From: Synergistaceae bacterium
Lineage (GTDB): Bacteria; Synergistota; Synergistia; Synergistales; Aminobacteriaceae
DNA: 64,000 bases
Assembly: GCA_017450125.1 (NCBI GenBank)
Contig: JAFSWZ010000013.1
Coordinates: forward strand, 78,282-142,281
Reading direction: 5' to 3'
How positions within the stretch are numbered: the first letter of the stretch is position 1; each line of letters begins with the position of its first letter. Under the pieces are notes generated by a model. The model was given only the letters and a program-made list of their open reading frames with translations. It had not been told where the DNA came from and did no database searches. This document shows, piece by piece, positions 28,713 through 38,790 of this stretch. The position numbers were made by a program, and so were the translations under genes.

Positions 28713-30437
28713 TCACTCCTCCTTGTTTTGTGATGCATAAATTTCGCCGTAAATCCCGCACGTCTTTAACAGCTCCTCGTGTGTTCCGATTGCCGCAACA
28801 CCTCCTTTGTCCATTACGATGATTCTGTCCGCGTCCTGCACCGACAGTATACGCTGGGCAATGATTATCTTTGTCGTGCCGGGCATGTACTCACGGAGTG
28901 CAGAACGTATCTTCGCGTCCGTGTGCGTGTCGACCGCGCTTGTGGAGTCGTCGAGGATTAAGACTTTCGGCCTCTTCAGGAGCGCGCGCGCAATACACAG
29001 CCTCTGCTTCTGCCCGCCGGAAAGGTTAGTGCCTCCCTGCTCCGTCCATGTGTCGAGCTTCTTCGGCAGCCTCTCTATGAACTCATCAGCACACGCGATC
29101 CTGCAGGACTCCCAAATTTCCGCGTCCGTCGCATCTGGTTTTCCCCACTTCAGATTGTCGCGCAGCGTCCCGGAGAACAGCAGGTTCTTCTGCAGAACGA
29201 CGGCTACACTGTTCCTCAACGCTTCAAGCTCATACTCTCTCACGTCGTGCCCGCCGACTCTCACGACTCCTTCTGATGCGTCATAGAGACGGGGGATAAG
29301 CTGCACAAGCGTTGACTTCGACGAGCCTGTTCCGCCGGTTATCCCTATCGTCTCGCCGGAACGAATCTTCAGGGAGATTCCCTCGAGTGCGTTAGCACCA
29401 GCTCCGTACGAAAAACTTACTCCCTCGAACTCTATATCACCCGTCGCAACATCCTGCAGTCCGTCTTTGGGGCTGGAGATTGACGGCACAGCGTCAAGCA
29501 CTTCAACGATTCGTATTGCCGACTCGCGGGCAAGGGTTACCATCACGAACACCATCGACATGCGCATTAATGAGCCCAGTATCTGCACACCGTAGGTCAT
29601 CAGCGCGCTTATCTGTCCGACATTCAGGTCAAGCCCCCGCGATGTTATGACTTTGTACGTGCCATAGTAGAGGATGAACAGCGTAACAGTGTACATGCTG
29701 AGCTGCATCATGGGGTTGTTGAGGGCTATTATCCTCTCCGCCGTCGTGAAGTCCCCGCAAAGTTCACCCGCCGCACGTGAGAACTTCTCCTTCTCGAAGT
29801 CCTCGCGCACAAACGCCTTCACGACACGCATACCCCGCACATTCTCCTGAATCGATTCGTTTAGGCGGTCATACTTCACGAATAACCGTCTGAATGTCGG
29901 CATTGCCCAACGTGCCACAGACCACAGGCCAAGTGCCAGGAACGGCACTACTGCGACGAACACAACCGCAATCCGGCCGCCCATCGCGAAGGCCATTACG
30001 CACGAGAAGATCACCATCAACGGCCCGCGTATCACCGTGCGCACAAGCATCATGTACGCTTCCTGAACGTCCGTAACGTCAGTGGTCAGGCGCGTAATCA
30101 GCGATGCCGAAGAGAACCTGTCTATGTCCCCGAAAGAGAACGTCTGCACTGCCCTGAACATGTCCATACGGAGATTTTTCGCGAAGCCGCACGACGCTGT
30201 GGAACACGCATTGCCGGCGAGTATCCCGAACAATAACGACATGCACGCCATCACTACGAGAATCCCGCCGTCCTTCAAGAGGCTCGACAGCTCGCAGCCC
30301 GCCCGAATCTGGTTCACGAGGCTGGCGACAACAAAGGGTATAAGGCACTCCATAACTACCTCAAGCGACACATAAAACGGTGCTTCGATTGAGGGGCGTT
30401 TATATTCGCGGATACTTGCTGCTAATTTGGCGTACAT
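28713..30437 (-). CDS. ABC exporter, fused permease/ATPase (MdlB/MsbA-type)
   Basis: Six-TM N-domain. Walker A GGTGSSKST, signature LSGGQKQRLCIARA, Walker B ILILDDSTSAVD. Confidence 0.88.
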   Translation of the reverse strand: MYAKLAASIREYKRPSIEAPFYVSLEVVMECLIPFVVASLVNQIRAGCELSSLLKDGGILVVMACMSLLFGILAGNACSTASCGFAKNLRMDMFRAVQTFSFGDIDRFSSASLITRLTTDVTDVQEAYMMLVRTVIRGPLMVIFSCVMAFAMGGRIAVVFVAVVPFLALGLWSVARWAMPTFRRLFVKYDRLNESIQENVRGMRVVKAFVREDFEKEKFSRAAGELCGDFTTAERIIALNNPMMQLSMYTVTLFILYYGTYKVITSRGLDLNVGQISALMTYGVQILGSLMRMSMVFVMVTLARESAIRIVEVLDAVPSISSPKDGLQDVATGDIEFEGVSFSYGAGANALEGISLKIRSGETIGITGGTGSSKSTLVQLIPRLYDASEGVVRVGGHDVREYELEALRNSVAVVLQKNLLFSGTLRDNLKWGKPDATDAEIWESCRIACADEFIERLPKKLDTWTEQGGTNLSGGQKQRLCIARALLKRPKVLILDDSTSAVDTHTDAKIRSALREYMPGTTKIIIAQRILSVQDADRIIVMDKGGVAAIGTHEELLKTCGIYGEIYASQNKEE

Positions 30438-30515
30438 GATTTCTTTCTCCGTGTGAAATTTTTTACTCAGACCATATTATAATTTCTCAATCACTAACAA
30501 TCTTAATTCGGGGAT

Positions 30516-31619
30516 GTGAATTTCTTGCGGATTACTATTCTCACTAACGGGCCCGGCGAATTATGGGGCTGGGTTCGTCCTGTCGTTACGGAACTTCGGA
30601 AACGCGGACACACTATATCTCTCTGGATACTGCCCTGCCAGTTTGCGTCGGGGCATGAGCGCGAAGCCGCATCGCTTCTCGGTGTCGACAAACTGGAAGG
30701 TCCGGCTGGTGCTTCAACAATCTGGAAGGATATTGCTTACGAGAGAACGGACAAGATTATACAGCTCGGAGGTGATATAGCTTTCGGCCTCCGAATGTCA
30801 GAGACAACCCGCGCGTCTCTCGTGTGCTACACTTACGGGCCGAGAAAGGACATTGACGGCGTTAGGATGTTCACGGCATACGAGGCACAGGCTAACGGCA
30901 CGAAGGCAGAAGCTATCGGCGACATCGTGAAGGATGCTCTTGCTCTTGACGCGGGGAAGTACAGCCTCTCGTCGTGGAACTGGCCGGAAGAGAAAGGTTC
31001 TCCGCGCGTACTGTTCCTGCCCGGAAGCCGTCCGGCAATCCGCAAGCCCGCCCTTCAGTGGCTGGTCGATGTCCACACTGCGCTGAAAGCAAGAATGCCC
31101 GCCGTGAGAGTACGTACTCTGTTCTCGCAGTTCATGCCGGAGTCGGAGTTCGTGCAGTGGCAGAAGGCAGGGCTCAACCCAATAAGAGCCGGTGCAGGCG
31201 TTGCGATGCGCGCGTCTGATTACGCACTGACCCAGCCGGGAACAAACAACTTCGAGCTTATGCACTGCGGGCTTCCTGCTCTGGTCGTTGCGCCGGAAAA
31301 GTTCCTGCCGTTCGTGCCGGTCTCGGGAGTGCTGGGGATATTGGCGGGGCTTCCGATTCTTGGCCTGAAGCTGAGAAGGTACGGAGCAATGAGAATCATA
31401 AAACGCTGGAACGGATGCATTTCCCTGCCGAACAGAATATCTCCGCACAAGGTCATGAATGAGATGTGGGGAGACATTACGCCGGAAGATGCCGCCGAAG
31501 AAATCTGCGAACGCCTCCTCGACAAGGACGGCCTCAAGCGTACCCGCGCGGAACTGCTGAGCCTGTCGGGTGAAGCCGGTGCTGCCTCGAGACTGTGCGA
31601 CATAGTTACGGCAAGATGA
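30516..31619 (+). CDS. GT19-like glycosyltransferase (lipid-A-disaccharide synthase LpxB-like)
   Basis: ILTNGPGELWGW, LFLPGSRPAIRKP (LLPGSR motif), ASDYALTQPGTNNFELMHCGLPALVV, C-terminal GEAGAASRLCDIV. Start is GTG at 30516 or TTG at 30525. Confidence 0.55.
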   Translation: MNFLRITILTNGPGELWGWVRPVVTELRKRGHTISLWILPCQFASGHEREAASLLGVDKLEGPAGASTIWKDIAYERTDKIIQLGGDIAFGLRMSETTRASLVCYTYGPRKDIDGVRMFTAYEAQANGTKAEAIGDIVKDALALDAGKYSLSSWNWPEEKGSPRVLFLPGSRPAIRKPALQWLVDVHTALKARMPAVRVRTLFSQFMPESEFVQWQKAGLNPIRAGAGVAMRASDYALTQPGTNNFELMHCGLPALVVAPEKFLPFVPVSGVLGILAGLPILGLKLRRYGAMRIIKRWNGCISLPNRISPHKVMNEMWGDITPEDAAEEICERLLDKDGLKRTRAELLSLSGEAGAASRLCDIVTAR

Positions 31620-33346
31620 GCAGCCCGGTAAAGTTCCTCCTCTCCTACACGCGCAAATATTCCCTGAAGATTTGCCTGTCCATGCTGTTCATGCTCGCGT
31701 CTTCGGGGCTTAACGTCCTGCCTCCGTACCTGTTCAAGACCGTTGTTGATGACGTGCTTATCTCGCGAAATGTCTTCATGCTGAACATGATCTGCGTTGC
31801 CATCGTCGTAATCTTCGGGCTCAAAGCGATAACGACATACTTTCAGCGTTACCTGATGAACGACGCTGGGCAGAGTGCCGTGATGGACATACGCATAGCC
31901 CTCTATGACCACATGCAGAGGATGAGCCTCGCGAAAATTTACGCCTCGCGCATAGGAGAGCTCATGAGCAGGATAACGGGCGATGTTGCTGTGTTACAGA
32001 ACATAGTAACGAGCACGATAGTCGACCTGCTCTTCAACCTAGTAACGTTCTTGGGAATGTTCGCGTTCATCATCTACCTGAACTGGCGGCTGACGTGCTT
32101 AATCGTGCTTGTCCTGCCGGTAGTGGGATTCCTGCTGTCGTTCGCCTCAAAGAAACTCCGCAAGGCAGGGCACAACGTACAGGAGCACTTGGCCGACATT
32201 ACGGCGACAGCGCAGGAGGCTTTCAGCGCGATACGCGTTGTGAGGTCATTCGCGACTGAGGACATGGAGCTGGAACGTTTCAGGACTGCCAACGCGGAGA
32301 ACTACAACGCGCTGATGTCCGCAGTGTCGATTCAGGGAGTTCTGGCGGGAGTGATTGAGGAGTTCCTTATTGCCGCGCTGGCTGTGGTGTTCTGGTTCGG
32401 GGGGCAGAACGTCATAGAGGGTACATTAACGCCCGGAGAATTAATCTCATTCATCGGGTACATAGCCTTCATGGTTCAGCCAATACGTTCGGTGATGAAC
32501 AGCATGAGTACACTTCAGACGGGGATAGCGAGCGCGGAAAGAATCTGTGAGATGCTTGATGCTCCTGTAGAAGGTTCAACAGGCGACGAGGGGATAAATC
32601 CCGGCAGGCTTTCTGGGGCTGTGAAGTTCGAGGGAGTGTCGTTTAGCTACGAGGACGGACAGGAAGTGCTTAAGGGTATTGACCTCGACGTGAAGGCTGG
32701 CGAGAAAATCGCGATTGTCGGAGCGACGGGCTCGGGAAAATCTACGCTCGCAGACCTTATCCCTCGATTCTATGACCCGACGGCAGGACGAATCCTAGTT
32801 GACGGCCAAGACATACGAACGCTCTCACTTAAGGATTTGCGCCGTCAGATAGGGATTGTGCCGCAGGAATGCGTGCTGATGAAGGGAACAATAGCCTTCA
32901 ATATAGCTTACGGCATCGACAAACCCGACATGCAGAAGATTGCAGAGGCGGCGGAGATTGCGGACATTCGGAGCTTCATTGAGAGCCTCCCTGAGAAGTA
33001 CGAAACCGAAGTCGGAGAACGCGGCGTAACCCTTTCCGGCGGACAGCGTCAGAGAATCGCCATAGCCCGCGCGGTAATCCGAGACCCGAGAATACTAATC
33101 CTCGACGAGGCTACGAGCTCGCTTGATGCGGCAGTAGAACAGGCTGTGCAGAAGGCAATCAACCAGGCGATGAAGGGCAGAACGTCATTCATCATCGCGC
33201 ACCGTCTCACAACAATACGTGAGGCCGACAGAATATTAGTGCTCGAGGACGGAAAGTTCACGCAGTCAGGTACTCATGAAGAACTGCTGAGAGCCGGAGG
33301 GCTTTACGCTGACTTGTACCGTATGCAGTTCGGCGAGGTGCGGTGA
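31616..33346 (+). CDS. msbA: ABC lipid exporter, MsbA-like
   Basis: TMD plus NBD (GATGSGKSTL, LSGGQRQRIAIARA, ILILDEATSSLD). ATG at 31616 forms an ATGA overlap with the upstream stop. Flanked by lipid A genes. Confidence 0.75.
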   Translation: MSSPVKFLLSYTRKYSLKICLSMLFMLASSGLNVLPPYLFKTVVDDVLISRNVFMLNMICVAIVVIFGLKAITTYFQRYLMNDAGQSAVMDIRIALYDHMQRMSLAKIYASRIGELMSRITGDVAVLQNIVTSTIVDLLFNLVTFLGMFAFIIYLNWRLTCLIVLVLPVVGFLLSFASKKLRKAGHNVQEHLADITATAQEAFSAIRVVRSFATEDMELERFRTANAENYNALMSAVSIQGVLAGVIEEFLIAALAVVFWFGGQNVIEGTLTPGELISFIGYIAFMVQPIRSVMNSMSTLQTGIASAERICEMLDAPVEGSTGDEGINPGRLSGAVKFEGVSFSYEDGQEVLKGIDLDVKAGEKIAIVGATGSGKSTLADLIPRFYDPTAGRILVDGQDIRTLSLKDLRRQIGIVPQECVLMKGTIAFNIAYGIDKPDMQKIAEAAEIADIRSFIESLPEKYETEVGERGVTLSGGQRQRIAIARAVIRDPRILILDEATSSLDAAVEQAVQKAINQAMKGRTSFIIAHRLTTIREADRILVLEDGKFTQSGTHEELLRAGGLYADLYRMQFGEVR

Positions 33347-35601
33347 AGATGTATTCTTTCATGAGAGCCTACATGCACCACGTACGGGGCACGAGGCAGA
33401 GCATTATGCTTAACGCCTTCCTTGCTCCGTTCTCTTGGCCTGTCGGTGCGGTGATTGCGTTCACGGACTTTCTGAGAGCACACGGACTGCTGAAAACCTC
33501 CGAGCCTCCTCTTCCCGTGATAAGCGTCGGCAACATCACTTACGGCGGGACGAACAAGACTCCCTTTGTCGAAATGCTGGCACGTTACGCGCAGGCTAAG
33601 GGCATAAAGGCCGGAATTGTTACGCGGGGCTACACTGGGCATTCACACAGGGTGATACTGATTCGCGGAGGAGAAGGAGACCGTGAACTTGCAGGGGACG
33701 AGCCGCTTCTTCTCTCGCGCGAGCTTCCTGATGTGCCGGTAGCTGTGGCCAAGAACAGGCTTGAAGGTGTGAAGGCATTGCGTGAGGCCGGTGCTGAACT
33801 GGTTATCGCTGATGACGCGTTCCAGCATAAAGCACTTGGCCGGGATGCAGATATTGTTCTCGTCGACTCTCTGTGTCCGTTCGGGAACGGCAGGCTGATT
33901 CCGGCGGGGATAATGCGCGAGAAGGTTAATGCGCTCTCACGTGCAAGCATGGTTGTGCTCACGAAGTCGGAGCAGGTTACAACAGATGAACTCTCTGCAC
34001 TGCGTGAACGTGTCGCTGAGTTCGTGCCCCCAGAGAGAATCTTCACGTCGAGGCTCGAACCTGACGGCTGGGTTCTTCACGGAACGGACAAACCTCCGGC
34101 GAAGGGAGCGCGTGTGTTTGCGTTCTCTGCGATAGGAAGTCCCGAAAGTTTCAGGAAGTCGCTCGAGGAGCAGGGCTTCATTCTTGCGGGGCACAAGAGC
34201 TTCACGGATCATCATCAGTTTTCCGTCAGAGACCTTGAGGAACTGTGCGCTCTCGCGGAAGGTGCTGACTTCATGGCCTGCACAGAGAAAGACCTCTACA
34301 ACCTTCCAGCGCGTAACCTCTGGCCGTTCACGCTTCCTCTTGCTGTCCCGAAAGTTCGTGCCGCAGTCAACGAGCCTGAAGCCTTCTTCTCTGCGCTGTG
34401 CGACTGCATGAAGCCCCGAATAGTTGTCGCGTCAAACGGTTACGGCGAGGACGCAATAGGTGTTGCGCTCGCGGATAAGCTCCGCACACGTCTTCCGGCC
34501 TCCGAAGTCTCGGCGTTCCCGCTCGTCGGAAAAGGTGATGCGTACCTGCAGGCAGGGTTCACGGTGAAATCTGCTCCGTCAGTTACGCCGTCGGGAGGTG
34601 TCCTGAAATATTCCCTGAAAGATTTATGGGGAGACATGAGAGCAGGCCTCTTGAAGCATGTGCGTGCTCAGCTCGCTGACTGGAAGAAGATTGCGCGCTC
34701 GGTGAGGACTCCCATTTGCGTCGGGGATGTGTACCTTCTGCTTCATACGTTATGGGGGGCTGGTGCTCGCCCGATGTTCTGCGCTACGGCAAAAACTGTC
34801 TACCTTTCCGGGCACTGGCGGATTGAGCGGGCAATAATCAGCCGCTTCACCCTGCGGACATGGACGCGCGACAGGAAGAGTGCTGAACAGCTCGGGCACA
34901 ACGCCGTGTATTCGGGAAGCCCGGTGATGGATCTGCTGGGTGAACACAAACGCGTGAAAGGAGATGTGATTCTTCTGCTGCCGGGCTCAAGGATGAGGGC
35001 TTGCAAGGACGTGAAGATGCTGCTTGATGCCGCAGAGATTATGTGCGAGGCGGGAGAGACTAGTTTCAGGATGGTACTTGCGCCTACGTTGCCGGATGAT
35101 GAGTTCCTGCAGGCCTGCGAGGGTTACGGCTGGACTGTGAATAACGGAAGGCTTCTGCACAGCGGAATAACTATCACCCTAACGCACGAATCCATAGCGA
35201 GGGCAGCAGAGGGCGTGAAGATTCTTATTGGTCTCGGGGGGACGGCTAACCAGCTGTGCGCGGGGCTGGGGATTCCAGTCATCAGCATCGACGAGAAGGG
35301 AAAACGTGTGCAGAAGAAACTGCTCGGTGATTCTGAGATTCTCACTGAGCCGTCGGGAAAAGCACTCGCTGAATGTGCGTTGATGGTTCTGCGTGATGAA
35401 GAGCTGTATTCGTCGATGAGCCGCGCAGGACGCGAGAGAATGGGCGAGCCCGGAGCACTCGACGGCATCGCTGACTATGCCTGTGAGGTTCTGGGCTGGA
35501 AGATCCGCGAGGAAGTCTACATGCGGCTTAGCAGGTTCACTCCGAGTGAGGCCAGCATTTTCCCCAGTGCGCACACAGGAAGCCCCACAACGTTGAAGTA
35601 G
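33343..35601 (+). CDS. lpxK: Fusion protein: tetraacyldisaccharide 4'-kinase (LpxK) plus a C-terminal LpxB-related GT19-like domain
   Basis: N-half: ISVGNITYGGTNKTPFV P-loop, ADDAFQH. C-half: VVASNGYGEDAIGVALA, LLLPGSRMRACKD, IGLGGTANQLCAGLGIPVISI. GTGA overlap with the msbA stop. Confidence 0.75.
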   Translation: MKMYSFMRAYMHHVRGTRQSIMLNAFLAPFSWPVGAVIAFTDFLRAHGLLKTSEPPLPVISVGNITYGGTNKTPFVEMLARYAQAKGIKAGIVTRGYTGHSHRVILIRGGEGDRELAGDEPLLLSRELPDVPVAVAKNRLEGVKALREAGAELVIADDAFQHKALGRDADIVLVDSLCPFGNGRLIPAGIMREKVNALSRASMVVLTKSEQVTTDELSALRERVAEFVPPERIFTSRLEPDGWVLHGTDKPPAKGARVFAFSAIGSPESFRKSLEEQGFILAGHKSFTDHHQFSVRDLEELCALAEGADFMACTEKDLYNLPARNLWPFTLPLAVPKVRAAVNEPEAFFSALCDCMKPRIVVASNGYGEDAIGVALADKLRTRLPASEVSAFPLVGKGDAYLQAGFTVKSAPSVTPSGGVLKYSLKDLWGDMRAGLLKHVRAQLADWKKIARSVRTPICVGDVYLLLHTLWGAGARPMFCATAKTVYLSGHWRIERAIISRFTLRTWTRDRKSAEQLGHNAVYSGSPVMDLLGEHKRVKGDVILLLPGSRMRACKDVKMLLDAAEIMCEAGETSFRMVLAPTLPDDEFLQACEGYGWTVNNGRLLHSGITITLTHESIARAAEGVKILIGLGGTANQLCAGLGIPVISIDEKGKRVQKKLLGDSEILTEPSGKALAECALMVLRDEELYSSMSRAGRERMGEPGALDGIADYACEVLGWKIREEVYMRLSRFTPSEASIFPSAHTGSPTTLK

Positions 35602-36092
35602 TCCCCGTTAAGCCCTTCGACCAACAGCGAGCCCTTACCCTGAACAGCATACGCACCGGCCTTGTCGTCGCACTCTCCTGAAGCTACATACGCGGTTATC
35701 TCCTCACGCGTCAGAGGCCGGAATTTCACGAGGGTACGTTCTGCGTGAGAGAAAATCTTTCCGCCCCTGCACACACTTACTCCCGTCAAGACCTCGTGCG
35801 TGCGTCCCTGAAGCATCGTCAGCATTCTCACAGCGTCTTCACGGTCAGTTGGCTTCCCGAGAACCGCATCATCAATCACCACGATAGTATCTGCGGCAAT
35901 AATCAGCGCGTCAGGGAATCTTCGTGAGCCAGCTTCTGCCTTCAGCCTCGATAACCTCACGCACAGTGCTTCAGGAGCTTCGTCGGGAGAGTGAGACTCG
36001 TCAGCATCAGGCTTCCACACCTCGAATGTCAGGCCAAGTTCAGCGAGCAAGGCTTTACGTCTCGGGCTTCCCGACGCAAGAATTATCCTCAA
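35517..36092 (-). CDS. maf: Maf-like nucleoside triphosphate pyrophosphatase
   Basis: RIILASGSPRRKALLAELGL, AADTIVV, AGAYAVQG. I place the start at TTG 36092 (TTGA overlap with the uppP stop) rather than at the ORF-track ATG at 36167. Confidence 0.85.
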   Translation of the reverse strand: MRIILASGSPRRKALLAELGLTFEVWKPDADESHSPDEAPEALCVRLSRLKAEAGSRRFPDALIIAADTIVVIDDAVLGKPTDREDAVRMLTMLQGRTHEVLTGVSVCRGGKIFSHAERTLVKFRPLTREEITAYVASGECDDKAGAYAVQGKGSLLVEGLNGDYFNVVGLPVCALGKMLASLGVNLLSRM

Positions 36093-36892
36093 ACCTGCAG
36101 CACCCCCAGCCCGAACAGCACAGCCGCCGCACCAATCACAAGGCAGTACACCCCGAAGTATACCCACTTCCCTGCGTCAACGAGTCCCTTCATGAATTTC
36201 AGTGAGGCCATTCCGAGAACAAACGCCACAACTGCACCAGCTATCCATCCTTCCGGCAGAAACACAGCTTCTCCGCCCTTGATGTACTTCAGGCACTCAA
36301 GAAGTGTTGCGCCGAGAATCGCAGGTATCGAGATCAGGAACGAGAACCTGAACGCCTCAGAGATGCTCAGCCCCATGAACAAGCCCATAGCGATTGACAT
36401 TCCAGAGCGCGAAACGCCCGGCAGTACCGCGATGCCCTGCGCGAAGCCCACAGCCAGAGCTATCGCCATAAGCGATGAGTTGCTTGGACGGCGCGAAAAT
36501 ACAGGTATCATCAGAAGCACTATCGCCGTGAAAAGCTCTCCTATTCCGACAAGTAACAAGCTCTCGCTGGCTTTCTCGACGACGTTCTTCAAGGACAGCC
36601 CGAGCACCGCCGTAACGCATGACGCGATTATTATTGCCCAGCCATAAGACCAGCCGGAACGTTTGCTCTTCGTGAACCACCCGCCGAACCAGTCGCACAG
36701 AATCTCCCAGATGTCCCGCCAGAAGAACAGCACAACCGCCAGCAGTGTCGCGAAGTGAAGCAGTATGTCGAACGCCACAAGGTTATCTTCATAGCCCATG
36801 AATATCTGGAACAGCGCAAGGTGTCCAGAGCTGCTGACCGGCAGGAACTCGCATAAGCCCTGGACCGCCCCGAGTATAAGCGTCTTTATCAT
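36089..36892 (-). CDS. uppP: Undecaprenyl-diphosphate phosphatase
   Basis: GAVQGLCEFLPVSSSGHL, LPGVSRSGMSI. AGGAGG RBS 6 nt upstream. Confidence 0.92.
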   Translation of the reverse strand: MIKTLILGAVQGLCEFLPVSSSGHLALFQIFMGYEDNLVAFDILLHFATLLAVVLFFWRDIWEILCDWFGGWFTKSKRSGWSYGWAIIIASCVTAVLGLSLKNVVEKASESLLLVGIGELFTAIVLLMIPVFSRRPSNSSLMAIALAVGFAQGIAVLPGVSRSGMSIAMGLFMGLSISEAFRFSFLISIPAILGATLLECLKYIKGGEAVFLPEGWIAGAVVAFVLGMASLKFMKGLVDAGKWVYFGVYCLVIGAAAVLFGLGVLQV

Positions 36893-36903
36893 GATTATTC
36901 CTC

Positions 36904-38658
36904 CTAGAAAAACTCTTTCTCGTAATTGCTTATGTCGTCGTAATACCCCGACTGTCTCACCGACACAACCGGCAGCACCACAGCAAATGATGAGTTGCGT
37001 TTCCTCAGCACATCCCTCACACGTGCCTTCAGTGTCTTCTTCAGGGCATCGACGTTCACCCTGCCCCCCGCCATCTCCTGAATTGCCCGCTCGCTCACCG
37101 CGTAGAGTTCCTGGAAAATTGACGGCGTATCCTCAGAGATGAACACTCCCTGCGTCTCGATGGCCACCGGCGCAAGAAGATTCCCCCTGTCGTCAACTGA
37201 TGCACCGACAACAAGCACTCCGTCTTCCGCAATCTCGCGGCGTTCCTTGAGGACTTCGCTCTTGATGCTTCCGGCGGCGTTCCCGTCAACGATTACTGCA
37301 CCAGACTGCACTTGGCCGTGCTTCTTCGGCGGAGCACTCCGCGTGAAGGTCAGGATGTCTCCGTTGTTCATCAGGAAGATGTTGCGGGCGGGGATGCCGA
37401 CTTCCTGCGCAAGCTGTGAGTGTCTCACCATGTGCTTGTACTCTCCGTGAACGGGCACAAAGTACTGCGGACGTACGAGGTTCAGCATAATCTTGAGCTC
37501 CTCGCTCGATGCGTGGCCGGAGACGTGAATGTTCTTGTCCCTCTCGTAAACAACTTCGCACCCCTGCGCAAACAGACGGTTGATTGTGTTGTTCACGAGT
37601 TTTTCGTTGCCGGGAATGACCGACGCAAGAAGGAACACTACATCATGTTCGCCGAGCTCTATGGACTTGTTCTCACCCCTGCTCATCGTTACGAGGCCGC
37701 TGAACGGCTCGCCCTGACTTCCTGTCGTTACAACAACGAGCTGATTGTCAGAATACTTCCAGCTCTCCTCGATCTGGATTATCATCTTCGAGTCTATCTT
37801 GAGGTAGCCGGTATCTCTGGCAAGCTCAACGTTCCGAATCATGCTGCGGCCGAGAAAAGCTATCTTCCTGTTGAAGCGCGCTGACACGTCCGCAACCTGC
37901 TGAATTCTGTGGACGTTGCTCGCGAATGACGAGATGATTATCCTCTTGCTCCTGTAGTTGCGGAAAAGCTGGTCGAGTGTCGCCGCGATTATGCGTTCTG
38001 ACGGCGTGAAACCTTTGCGCTCTGCGTTCGTGCTGTCGGAACACAGAAGCATCACTCCTTTGTCCCCCTCTTCCGCAAAAGCTCCGTAGTCGGTTATGCG
38101 TCCGTCTACCGGCGTGCTGTCGAGCTTGAAGTCCCCCGTGTGAACAATCCGTCCCAGCGGCGTGTCAATCGACAGGGCTACACAGTCGGGGATTGAGTGC
38201 GACACCGCGATGAACCTTATCGTGAACGAACCTATCTTTATCACGTCCCCAGCGCGAATCTCGTGCATGTCGGGCCGGTAGAGCGGCAAGTCCTCCTGCA
38301 GCTTGTTGCGGATAAGTCCGAGCGTCAGCTGTGTCCCGTAGAGAGGAACATCAAGACGCGGCAGAACATAAGGCAGTCCGCCGGTGTGGTCTTCGTGGCC
38401 GTGAGTGATTAGGATTGCGAGTATCTTGTCCTTGTTGGCTTCGAGGTAAGAGATGTCCGGCACAATGTAGTCTATTCCGGGAAGTTCGCTGTCCGGGAAC
38501 TTCAGCCCCGAATCGATAACTATGATTTCGTCGCCGTACTCAAGAACGTACATGTTCTTTCCGATTTCCCCGAGCCCTCCGAGTGCTATGAAGCTCAGAT
38601 GCTCTTTGCCCTCACTGCCTCCATTCTTCCTGCGTGTACGTGAATTTTTCTGCGTCAA
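36904..38658 (-). CDS. rnj: Ribonuclease J
   Basis: FIALGGLGEIGKNMYVLEY, ITHGHEDHTGGLPY, beta-CASP and C-terminal domains. Start trimmed to TTG 38658, 9 nt after AGGAGG. Confidence 0.9.
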   Translation of the reverse strand: MTQKNSRTRRKNGGSEGKEHLSFIALGGLGEIGKNMYVLEYGDEIIVIDSGLKFPDSELPGIDYIVPDISYLEANKDKILAILITHGHEDHTGGLPYVLPRLDVPLYGTQLTLGLIRNKLQEDLPLYRPDMHEIRAGDVIKIGSFTIRFIAVSHSIPDCVALSIDTPLGRIVHTGDFKLDSTPVDGRITDYGAFAEEGDKGVMLLCSDSTNAERKGFTPSERIIAATLDQLFRNYRSKRIIISSFASNVHRIQQVADVSARFNRKIAFLGRSMIRNVELARDTGYLKIDSKMIIQIEESWKYSDNQLVVVTTGSQGEPFSGLVTMSRGENKSIELGEHDVVFLLASVIPGNEKLVNNTINRLFAQGCEVVYERDKNIHVSGHASSEELKIMLNLVRPQYFVPVHGEYKHMVRHSQLAQEVGIPARNIFLMNNGDILTFTRSAPPKKHGQVQSGAVIVDGNAAGSIKSEVLKERREIAEDGVLVVGASVDDRGNLLAPVAIETQGVFISEDTPSIFQELYAVSERAIQEMAGGRVNVDALKKTLKARVRDVLRKRNSSFAVVLPVVSVRQSGYYDDISNYEKEFF

Positions 38659-38790
38659 ATTATTAGTCCTCCTGTTTGAGAAAGATTTTGTATATATAAC
38701 CCGTAATATCGGGTAAAAATTCAGTGTCCGTAATGGAGTTATTATATTATAACTGTCAGGAGGATTGATTTTCACGTCAATGAAGGAGTG

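Noticed and set aside
35991-36647. 218-aa plus-strand ORF and other frames overlapping uppP and maf
   Set aside because: They are shadow ORFs opposite uppP, which has the diagnostic LPVSSSGHL and PGVSRSG motifs.
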